Shown piece after piece: positions 53,389 through 64,000 of a DNA stretch of 64,000 bases. The stretch comes from Octopus sinensis (Eukaryota): positions 123,814,001 to 123,878,000 of the forward strand of contig NC_042999.1 in NCBI RefSeq assembly GCF_006345805.1, read 5' to 3'. Within the stretch, counting starts at the first letter, position 1. Each line of letters starts with the position of its first letter. A program made the translations under genes and the position numbers. Under the pieces are notes generated by a model. The model did no database searches. It saw only the letters and a program-made list of their open reading frames with translations, and was not told the origin of the DNA.

Positions 53389-53560
53389 ACACACACACAC
53401 CACAAGCTTCTTTCAGTTTCCATCAACCGAGTCTACTCACAAGAATTTGGTTGGCCTAGAGTTATAGCAGAAGACACTTGCTCAAGGTGTCACACAATGA
53501 GACTGAATCTGAAACTATTTGATTGAAAAGCAAACTACTCACCACAGAGACACACCTGTA
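52812..53560 (-). mobile_element. Cluster of SINE pieces: A 3' half (52812-53025), C head (53230-53345), A 5' half (53400-53560)
   Basis: Matches to family A and C motifs in reverse orientation. Confidence 0.7.
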
Positions 53561-54919
53561 CCTAATTAGGATTCTGTTATCCTAAGGGTCCTAAATAAAG
53601 TGTAATTTGAGGTATGCTTGGTTACTTTGTCTAAAATATCAAACAATCAAAGAAATTGTTTGATATTTCCTCACTGGCTCATGAGCTAGGCATGTAGAAT
53701 TGATTTGAGATCTTCCTGTAGATACAACAATGTATCTGCAACAGATGTTATAACTCGTGAAATGTAAACTACTGATTATTTTAATTGTTCTAGGAATAAA
53801 GGATAATTAGTTGTAATGTGTCCATCTATATTCTCCTCCAGACAGATAAATGAGCCAAAAGGAAAGCCTCTACTTGGTCACTCGATCTTCTTGATATAGC
53901 AGCCAAATCTCCCTCAAACTTAAAAGATAGAAAAATAAACACTGAATAATGTAGTCATAGATATAATATGTATGGCGAGAGAAAACAGGATGATAATGGC
54001 TAGAACTTTATGAACAAAGGACTACTGGATCAAGGTTTGATTTGGAGCAAACCACCAACCCCACCACCGACAACAATAAAAAATCCAGCATGATAAATGT
54101 ACCAGCTGGTCCTATGTTACTTCAACATAAATATGCCTGATCTGAATAGATTTAGAATTCAGTAAGTCAGAACACTTAGTTTAAAAGTAACCTTAATCAG
54201 ACACTCAACAAGACAGGTTATTATCACCAAAACAAGCTGTGTTTTTTTCACAATGAATAGATTACACATGCATGTATCAGAACTGTTAAGCTTAGAAAAT
54301 AAAAGATTAAAGACAGTCTGAAAATGTGTTTAGTACATTCAGTATCTAATCTCTATATCCACTTCAAGTTCCTCTCGCAAATGAACTTCTAAACAGATAT
54401 TTATCAGAAGAGGGAGGTAAAAAAAAAAAAATGCAATTTCTTATTCTGTTAGCAAGATGTATATCCACACGGATGTGTGTATATGTACATATTTTTGTTT
54501 GGCTGTATGTTTGTGAGATAATGTGAGTGTATACATGAGAAAATAAACATAAAATTTGTGCAGATGTACATATCTAGTCAGAGACAAGCTATAGATCAGT
54601 GTACAATTGTTTGCATATATATATGTTAGTTTGATGAGGTATTCAGAAATATTTATCAAACACACACACACACAAACACGCACTCTCTCTCTCTCTCTCG
54701 CCCTCTCTTTCATGCACACAAACATGCACAAAACGCAAATGCATATAATTTCAAGTACATAACATCTAATAACAACATCATACTCAGTCACAACTGAAAC
54801 AGTATATGTATGTGTCTCTGTAGGTGTTTGTTTACACACCCACCAGTCCACACCCCACTATGCATATATATATATATATATATATGATATATATATGTAT
54901 GCATACATATATGCAGGAT

Positions 54920-55140
54920 TTACTGTGTGATAAGTTGTTTACTTCTCATCCATGTTTCTGGGTTCAATTCATCTGCATGGCACCTTGGGCCAGGGTCTTC
55001 TACTATAGTCCCAGGCTGACCGAAACATAGAGAGTGGATCTGCTAGACAGAGGCTATAGTAGAAGACACTTGCCCAAGTGGAACTGAACCCAGAACCATG
55101 TGGTTGGGAAGCAAGCTTCTTATCACACACCCACTCCTGC
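54920..55140. mobile_element. Two SINE A 5' halves fused in opposite orientation
   Basis: Plus-strand head and core at 54923-55010, minus-strand core and head at 55052-55140. Confidence 0.75.
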
Positions 55141-58100
55141 ACCTATTATATATATACATGTATATATATATATGTATATAAATTTATAAATGCATGTGTG
55201 TTTGTGTGCTATGTCCACGGTGTGGTGCAAACAACAGTCAAGAATTCATACACACACACACACATATACATGAATACACTCACAGATGCAAACACACACA
55301 TACACAGACATGCACACACACAAACCGACACACACATACTCACATTTGTACATGCTAGCTTTGAATCATTTACAATGCTCACTGAAAAATCTTAGATTAG
55401 TGGCAGACTTTGATTCTCTCTCTTTCTCTCTTCTTCAATTCGTTTCATCAATAAGGAACTTTCCTCTTAATTTTATTTTCCATTCCTTTGAGATATTTTA
55501 TGTCCTTTTTATAATATATTTCCATTTTTATTGCCTCTGACATTTGTTTTCTTCAAGTGTTAAATATTTAGCTACTTGCTTCCCCCGAATGGACAAAGTC
55601 ACAAAATGAGTGCCTAATTACAAAGATTTGAGTTAATATATCATGATTAAAAGCTTTAGTTTATGCTTCGTTCTAAGTAAATAAGTAAATAAATAAATAA
55701 ATATAAATCTTCCATTCTAGATTCCTAAATTTTGATTGTTTCTAGAGAGAATTCTTTTATATAATTTTTGGTAGTTTCAGCTGAAGTTTACTTGCAGTTG
55801 TGTTTTATTCTTTTTATAGACTTGTATAAATCCTCCTTACATGTGTGTGTGTATGTGTGCAAATGGGTGATGAATAGATACTCTAAAAAAACGGGCAGGT
55901 TTTTATGGATATAAAATACATGCACTTACAACTGCTCAAAAATCAATACATTCAATCAAATGCGTATGTACTTGTTCACTAGTTTATATACAAGTCTATG
56001 GTTGTGTGTGCCTCTGTTTCTGTATGGTTGTGTATGCCTCTGTGTGTGTGCATTTTCACTTGAAAATAATCATTTCCTTAACAAGCTCACTGGCTAATTG
56101 TGATGTCAGTGCCTGTTCTGGTACTGTTTTTCTATATATCGCTAGCCAAGAGATGAGTTGCTACTACCTCATCATTCACAAGACCAAGGAAGGTTGAAAT
56201 CACGTGATTTGGTGGACTCTGCTCTGAAGACAGCATGGATTTGTCTCCCTGCTAGTGATATAAACAAGAGTGCACTTTGCACCAAAAGCCAATATGAGTG
56301 TTTCTCTCATGGTAACTACCACAGTATAGTTTGTTCTAACAGAACAATCTCACTGGCTAATCGTGACTCCAGCATCTGTTCTGGTACTGTTTTCAATATA
56401 TCACTGGTAGGGAGGTGAGTCACTGCTATCTCTAGCAGTTAAACATCCATCATTGACGAGACCAAGCATTAAATAATCCATAAACAGATGATTCTATTCA
56501 ATTCTTTCCCAGTAAGCATCCTTTTTGTAGAGTTTTTAGTATAATCAACAATAGGAGAATCAAAACTATTGAAAGGGTTGCAAGACGCAATGAAAATTTT
56601 AGAAAAATAAGGAAATGAGTGGAAATTTTACCTGTGAGTGTGTTAAATTATAAGGCAATGAAAGAGAATGACTCTCCCCAGACACAACAGATTATAGATT
56701 ATTATTATATTTTTATTATTATTATCCATTTATTTTTATTATTATCATCATTATCATCACTATTATTTTTACCATAATTATTTATTCTTATTTTTTTATC
56801 TGTTTTATTTCATTTATCCCTACTTGTATGAGTGGGTTGATAACGTTTTTTCCCAATTGAGTGATGTCCTTTTCTATCGCCAACTACTCAGTACTAAAGT
56901 ATAAATGGAAGCTTATTAGTCAGACCGAAGCAAACAGAATTAAAAGTCACCTCCTTTTTTCTGTGGCCATACAACATATGAGTAGTAGTTGTGTTTAAGC
57001 CTTATGGACATGCTGCTTGTGAGTTTAAACCTAAGCTACTTCCACCACCACCACCACCACTACCACTACCACTATTACTACTACTACTACTACTACTACT
57101 ACACATCAATGTTTGATGACTCATAGTTTTGCAAAAATAAATAAAAAAAATAACAAAAGTTGACCATAATAAATTTCTGAATTTAAAAAAAAAAAACTTA
57201 ATGGAGACCTGGTACCAAAATGCTAAAGAATTGCAAAATTAGTCTGGGTCAATACCAAAGTGGTTTGTTGTCTTATCAGATAAAATAGTAATTAGGTCTA
57301 GTGAAGGATTCCAGTTTAAGTGCACCAGTTCCCCCTTTGCTTAATATAGATTATATTCAGAGTTCAGTCTTATCAGGATATATTGACCACAGAGACTTAT
57401 AATATTTATTTATTAGACATACAAAAATCATGATTTTTGTAAAGATACGTACAGTTAGCTTAATCAATGCCAGCACATGATTGGTACATTGTTTATCGAC
57501 TCCAAAAGAAATGAAAGACCAAAATCATTCCTAGTACTCTGATTTGAACCCACAACATAGTGATAGATCTAAATGCGAAAATTATTTAATCTAACATTCT
57601 GCTATAGGTGCAGGCATGGCTGTGAGGTGGAAAGGCTTACTTCCCAACCCTATATTCACTAGTTCAGTCTCACTGCACAGCACCTTGGGCAAATACTTTG
57701 TGCTATAGCTTCAGGTCAACCAAAACCTTGTGAATGAACTTTTGAAGATGAAAACTGAAAGAAACCTATCATATATATATATATATGTATATGTGTGAGT
57801 GTTAGTATGTGTATTTCCATGTGTGTGTTTGTGTGTGTGTTTTTGTGTATGTGTGCATGTCTGTATGTGCGTGTGTATATGTGTGTGTGTGTATGTGTGT
57901 GAGTACCCCTGTCTTGAAATTATGTGATACTTATAAACAAGCACCACTATCATATAAGCTATATATTGCTCATTTCCAGTCTTCCATGGAAACCATGTCT
58001 AACCATGGGGAAATACTACCTTACTTGCAAACAGATGAGGGTTGACGACAGGAAAGGCATATGGTCATAGAAAAATTTACTCAACAAATTCTGTCTGACT

Positions 58101-58448
58101 CTTGCAAGCATAGAAAAATGGTTTTACTATTCTACCATTCCCTTGTCTTTTCACAATGCAAAACTTGATATCTAAAAACAGCAGTTTTACATTAACATTA
58201 CAGAGACAAACATTTCCCTTGGTACAGCCATTCTATTTGAAATTGGAATTCTATAAATATTTACAATAACAATTTATTTTTACCATTATTATTTAGTGTC
58301 TATCTTAAATCTTCCAACTTTTTATGCAATCTTGAACATTCTTTGTATCATTTCTGAAATCATTTCAAGAAGAGGAATTTAACAATGAGTAAACCAGCAG
58401 TGACATATAGTTTCACTTGTTCTGCCATCATAAAAATGGATACTACAC

Positions 58449-59135
58449 TATGTGTCCATTTCACTTGAATACCTCTGGTCTGGCAAAATCCAATGCAGTG
58501 TTCAGATATTTGCTCAAGCCCTTTGACATATATTCTGCTAGTTTTATCTCTCATATCAAGCATCAGTGGGATATTTGCTACTCTTTCTTTCCACAATTGT
58601 AAATGGGTAGATTTTTTGGAAACATATACAGGTTTCAGAGATGTATGTGCCTGGCCAGTGATTTGAAAATATTACCTTGCTAGAAAACATGTGAGGGTTG
58701 GTGACAAGGAGAGCATCCAGCTACAGAAAATCTGATGAATTAAATGTCATCTGAGCCGTGCAAGTATAGAATAGTGGACACTGAAAAGATGATGATGATG
58801 ATGGCGATGAGGAGGGGGAAGAGGAGGGGAGGGGGAAGAGGGTAATCAGCATCATCATTGTCCTCATAGAAGTATAATAAGGAAACATATAGTGTCATAT
58901 GTATCCATTTTACTTGAATACCTCTGGTCTAGCAAAATCCAGTGCAGTGTTCAGATATTTGCTCTTGTTTTATGTGGAATTCAAGCCCTTTGGCATATAT
59001 TATGCTAGTTCTATCTTACTATCAAACATCAGTAGGATATTTGCCACTCTTTCTTTCCACAATTTTAAATGGGTAGATTTTTTGGAAACATCTACAGGTT
59101 TCAGAGATGTATATCTGCCAGGCAAATGATTTGAT
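58449..59135. repeat. Diverged direct duplication of about 230 bp (58449-58670 and 58897-59135)
   Basis: Shared ACTTGAATACCTCTGGTCT..GCAGTGTTCAGATATTTGCTC..AAATGGGTAGATTTTTTGGAAACAT..ACAGGTTTCAGAGATGTAT. Confidence 0.9.
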
Positions 59136-59394
59136 CTGGAACAGTGAAATGAAACTAAAATGGTTACAGTGTACACCAAACATATTAGCCTTTTGAAAGC
59201 TCACAAAGGCTGTTAACGTTGCTTAAGCATCCATTATTTATCATCTGGTGTCAAAAACTTTTGTTACACTGTGCAATGAAAATTTTGACACTAAATAACA
59301 AGTAATAAATGTTTAAGTGAAGTTAACAGTTTTTGTGTATTTTTGAATGACTAATATTAATATGTGTCTTCCTTGCTACAATATCGATTTACAG

Positions 59395-59465
59395 GTTTCT
59401 TATGACAAAGCATGAGGGATATATATTTACGATACTGGGAGAACTGATATTGTGTGGTGGTCAAG
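59395..59465 (+). CDS. Candidate 71-nt exon, unknown
   Basis: cttccttgctacaatatcgatttacag|G..CAAG|gtcagt; open in phase 2-1: FLMTKHEGYIFTILGELILCGGQ. Confidence 0.18.
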
Positions 59466-59574
59466 GTCAGTCATTTCTTAAGAGGATACTAAAATAAGTC
59501 AAACAAGCATTCAAACTTGGTCACAAAGCACAGTTAATGAGAAGCTTATTTTTAGAGGCCAACAATTAGTAAGA

Positions 59575-59825
59575 ATTGAAAGTATGGCTGTATGGTAAGA
59601 AGTTTGCTTCCCAACCACATGGTCCTGGGTTCAGTCCCACTGTGTGACTCCTTTGGCAAGTGTTCTCTACTATATCTTCTGGCTGACTATTGGAAAAAGA
59701 AATTGATAGAATAAGTACTAGGCTTAAAATAAAAATAAGTACTGGGGTTGATGTGGTCAACTAAAATTCTTCAAGGCAATGGCCAGCATGGCCACAATCT
59801 AATAACTGCAACAAGTAAAACATAA
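59575..59825 (+). mobile_element. SINE family A with internal deletion
   Basis: Head, core and tail; the middle (TG)n block is absent. A similar 5' half lies at 57605-57785. Confidence 0.8.
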
Positions 59826-60129
59826 AGGATAAAAGCTAAATAAATGAATAAATAATAAAAATGAATAAATAAAATATATCTGAATAAGTGAATAATATTA
59901 TTAAAGGAAAAATATTTATACAGCACCATTATCTTGTCTATGAAATCTTTCAAATCAGTCTTGACCAAAATTAGCTAGACAGCAAACTTGCAACACCAAA
60001 AACATTTTGAAAATAATAATAGAATGAGTGGTCAGGACTAGCTAGTAAGAATAGCCAAATATCCCCTACATAATACTCACTATATTGTTTTAAAACAGGA
60101 GGAAACACTGAAGAGTATCGTTCTGAATA

Positions 60130-60757
60130 TACGAGGGATGCTGAAAAGTTGCTGGCTTAGGGTAAAAGAAAATACAGGAGGCTCTGTTAATTATGATTTT
60201 GTGCAAATATATTCCCCTCTCAGATCCACACACTTATTGTGGTGGTCCTTTTGTTTTTCTATATGTCTGGTGAGTTCACCATCATCAATTCATCACAAGG
60301 AAAGTTTGCTGTCATCAATTCACCACAGAGAAAGTTGACCATCATCAATTCACTGCAGAGTAAGTTCATTATCATCAATTCACCGCAAGAAAAGTTCAGT
60401 GTCATCATTTCACCACAGAGCAAGTTCATTCATCAATTCACCGCAGGAAAAGTTCACCATCATCAATTCACTACAGGGAAAGTTCATTATCATCAATTCA
60501 TTGCATGAAAAGCTCTCTGTCATCAATTCAGCTTTTTTTTTCTTCAATAAAAAAGTTTCTAACTATTGATGATGAGATACTATGGATATATTGGTAAACT
60601 TTGCTCATGGGAACTTTCTTCACAGTGAATTGATGGTGGTGAACTTTCCCTGCAATGAATTGATGATGATGAACTTACCTGTAATCATTTTTCTCAGCTC
60701 TCTAAAAGGCCTTTCATGACACCCTTAAAACCAGGAACTTTTCAGTACTTCCTCATA
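60130..60757 (+). mobile_element. Mariner-type MITE split by an insertion
   Basis: TACGAGGGATGCTGAAAAGTTGCTGG ... CCAGGAACTTTTCAGTACTTCCTCATA inverted termini with TA ends. Confidence 0.85.
60265..60685. repeat. 30-bp tandem array (about 9 units) with inverted units at the far end; foldback-like element
   Basis: AAAGTTCACCATCATCAATTCACCACAGAG units at 60271-60530; reverse-complement units at 60625-60680. Confidence 0.85.
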
Positions 60758-60826
60758 TAAAAGAATGAGATGGTTAATCCTGAATGCTTTGTTTCTGATT
60801 ATTTTTTAAATTCTTTTTCTCAATAG

Positions 60827-60887
60827 CTCAATCAGAGAAGAAAGCTAGCTTTACTAACTTATTCCAAGGCCTCTGTGGCTGTTGGTG
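60827..60887 (+). CDS. Candidate short exon, unknown
   Basis: Strong acceptor ttttttaaattctttttctcaatag|; possible donor GGTG|gtaatg, or a terminal reading QSEKKASFTNLFQGLCGCWW*. Confidence 0.18.
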
Positions 60888-61669
60888 GTAATGTGCAAAG
60901 TTGGATGAGGAGGAAACAGTTGATTATATTGACACCACCCCCTACACCCATGCAGTACTTGACTGGTACTTTTTTTTATTGACACTTGAAGGAAAGATGA
61001 ATTTGATCTTAATAGAGTTTTGGCAGAGCATAAACACCCAAAATAAAATACCACAAGATTATTTTGTTTGACATTCTAATGATCCCAAAGAACTATCTGT
61101 CTAAAGATAATAAAAATAACTGTTTCTAATATATGCACTCAGTAAAATATTTTGGAGGAATGGTTAGCCAATTAAAAATAAATCGTATTTGATTGGTAAT
61201 GCCTTTTATTGACTCTAGTGTGGAAAAAAAGCAAAAACTAACCTTTGTAAGATTTGAACTCAAAACACAATGAGCTGGAACAAATTACCACAAATCTTTT
61301 TTTTTTCTGATATCCTAGTGATTCAGTCAATCCACTGCCTTAACAAATACTATCAACAATAAGAAAACTAGATTGGAGCAGAACCACTCATATAAGCACT
61401 TGGGATTTAAGGAAACATGTAAGCTACAAATATATGGAAGTAAAGGAGACAAAAAAGGCTATACAGGCACAAGCAGAGCTATGTGATTAAGAAGTTCATT
61501 TCATAACGATGTGGTTGTGAGCTCCAAGCTACTACAGACCCATGGCAACCAAAACAGTGTGAATGCATTTGGCAGAAGGAAATGGAAAGAAGACCATGAT
61601 TGATTGATTGATTGATTGATCAATCAATCAATCGATAAATAGATAGATAGATTCACATCTGGGCAAAAA

Positions 61670-61846
61670 ATAAAAATATAGCATAAAGACAAGATAAAAA
61701 AAAGCAAATTCAGAGCGTACTAGGTTGATAGTCAGGAAATAAAAAAAAGAAATGTCTTTTATGTTTCATGTATTTGTTCTTCTGAAAGAGAGGACAGACA
61801 AAGAGAGAAAAAAATGGAGAAGATAAAATAGAGAAACAGAAATGCA

Positions 61847-61850
<4 letters not shown>
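61670..61850 (-). mobile_element. Penelope-like terminal-repeat fragment (copy 3, most decayed)
   Basis: The minus strand reads CTTT-CAGAAGA-ACAAATACAT-GAAACATA-AAAGAC. Confidence 0.45.
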
Positions 61851-61885
<35 letters not shown>

Positions 61886-61886
<1 letters not shown>

Positions 61887-63791
61887 TAGCAGACACCCAC
61901 CGTTGCTCAGGAATAAATGGCATAGTTTGTATATAATATATTACAGTCATGTTGAAACAGGTGATATGGGAAAGTGCAGCATTGACAACAAAACATTTGT
62001 GGAGTAAATGATGGCCTAATTCGAGTAAGCAACATGCTATGTGTCTGTTTGGAATATTTCAGGTCCTAACCTGTGGGGGTTATGTGATTTTTGAACACAC
62101 CAAGAAGCTGTCAATGGATATACTCTCTTTTGCAGCAGTCGGCGCTGAGTCTAACACAACCCATCATCTGAAATGTTGACACCTCCTTCGGGTTTGTTGT
62201 CCTACATCATTCACAAAGTAAATTTGGAGGAACTGTGATTGCTCATTTGTGGGTAACAGGGAACCAATGAGGTGATAGACTTGCCTTTGAACTTTGACGT
62301 TGTCATAAATTCATGTTTATCTATCTTCTTAAATGCACCAAACGATGTCATTTGCAGAGTTGTATTGTCTGATATTGTTCAGAAAATCTTTTGACTGGAT
62401 GGAAATGCCTTCTAGGAGATCTATAAGAGGTTGAAAAGGAGCTGGTAGTGCTGGCAATGTTACCTGACTGCCTGAGCAGTACATACCATTTGCATCATTT
62501 AAAAATGTTAAAGCTCTACAGAAAAGACAATTTGTGTTTAGCACACCAATTTGCAGAGAGTTATTATTTTTATAAGAATGGGATGGATCATATCTGAAAG
62601 TAGCTTCAGGAGTTGTGAAGAACGAATTTGTACGTAGCCTGTTTCTGAGAGCTATTCTATTGGGCTTCTGTCTAATCATTAAAACATTGATTTAATGATC
62701 CAGTATTAAGTGCTGCAACATGCATTTGCTGATGTAGAGAAAATCTCATCTAGCTTCTCTTTTCAGACTCTCGTGTTTGGTTTTCTACAATCCTCCTTGC
62801 TTTATATTTGTTTCTGAAGAGATTACATCTTTTCTTTGGTGGCATATTTTTCCCAATATTGTAAACAAAATATTATCAACATAGAAAGAAATTATATATT
62901 AATCCCTATTTTTGTAAGTAGTTGTATCTGTAAAAATTTTATTTCAAGAGAGCAGAAAAGATAAACTGAAAAGAACAGAGAATAAAAGTGAAAGATGTAT
63001 GTACATCTACATGAAATGGATGTGTGTGTATGTATGTGTGTGCATGTGTGTGTGTGCATGCGTGCGTGCTTGTGTGTGTATGTGAGAGAAAAGAGGGTGA
63101 GAAAGGGCGATAGAGTGAGTGATTGAAGGTGTGTGTTGTGATGACTGATGTCTTTTAAAATTTTTATGATAGTTAATTTATGGAAAAGATTATGTTAAAC
63201 TTTTGAAATGCAAATATGTGAATGAAAATTAAGTTTAATTTGTAGCCAAAATAGTACTGAATCTTTTGATACCCCTTACGTCAAAATCTGTAACTCGGTT
63301 TTGGAAAGCATAAGGAATATATAATATATAAGACAGTATGTCACATAATACAAACGTAAGACTTGATAGAAATAGCAGCCAAATCTCCCTCAAAACACCC
63401 TACTGTCTTAATCCAATAATTCTGCCTATTATGTAGTTTTAATGAGAAACTGTAACTAAAGATTAAGGTTATTAACCCCACAGAGAGAGAAAAGAAGAGA
63501 GACAGTATAGTGATGTTTTTGGCTGACTGTCATTCTGTACTGCCCTTGTTGCTAGCGAAATGGTACAGGCCAGCTGTCTGAGCAACTGGTTGTTTTAATG
63601 GTGGAACAAACAAGACATTAAAGATTACAAAAATAGCAATTCTTACTTTGAAACTAACGATTTTGAAAATCTTTTTAGATTATGGAACACCCAGCTCTCT
63701 CATGTATCCAAGTTTAAAATTTCAGTGCAATTGGATGAACAATACTTGAGCTATAAGTGCACAAACAGACAGAACAGATTTTATATATTAA
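61886..63791 (-). mobile_element. Internally deleted Helitron inserted in (TA)n
   Basis: 3' end ..CCTGAGCAACGGTGGGTGTCTGCTAG^T; 5' end TAATATATAAAATCTGTTCTGTCTG; carries a RepHel coding remnant. Confidence 0.85.
62150..62620 (-). pseudogene. Helitron RepHel N-terminal remnant
   Basis: IGVLNTNCLFCRALTF..GMYCSGSQVTLPALPAP..LLEG..SKDFLNNIRQYNS, then after frameshifts FMTTSKF..VYHLIGSLLP..FLQIYF. Confidence 0.88.
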
Positions 63792-63792
63792 C

Positions 63793-63887
<95 letters not shown>

Positions 63888-64000
63888 ATTTATATACATA
63901 TATACCTACATGTATGCATATACATATGTACTTGTCTGTGTTTTCTTGTTTTGACATTGTGTGCCAATTGTAAATAAACATTACTGATAAACAAATAGTT

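Noticed and set aside
60271-60530. CRISPR-like regular array
   Set aside because: The units are contiguous with no unique spacers, there are no cas genes, and the context is eukaryotic.

Overview
AT-rich, microsatellite-dense eukaryotic DNA. The SINE, mariner and Helitron repertoire points to an octopus (cephalopod) genome; this is inferred from recalled repeat families, not from a database search. I recognise no host protein-coding gene, so the window reads as large intron or intergenic sequence. It is dominated by: (i) about 20 copies or fragments of a tRNA-headed CORE-type SINE (family A), plus a second SINE (family B), a tRNA-headed SINE with CORE-like and V-like blocks (family C) and short (GAT)n-tailed RTE-linked elements; (ii) decayed LINEs (RTE, HERO-like); (iii) remnants of about five mariner transposases, plus mariner-type and TTAA (piggyBac-type) MITEs; (iv) three Helitron derivatives. 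Most ORFs in the supplied track are microsatellite or TE artefacts. The most interesting observations are three decayed minimal hammerhead-ribozyme-like motifs in a Penelope-like repeat, two Helitrons with shared ends but unrelated cargo, a 30-bp-unit foldback element inside a MITE, a long inverted repeat with a SINE at its apex, a SINE with a precisely inverted 5' part, and a few isolated candidate exons, one with an in-frame TGA. Repeat boundaries are approximate unless the exact termini are quoted.
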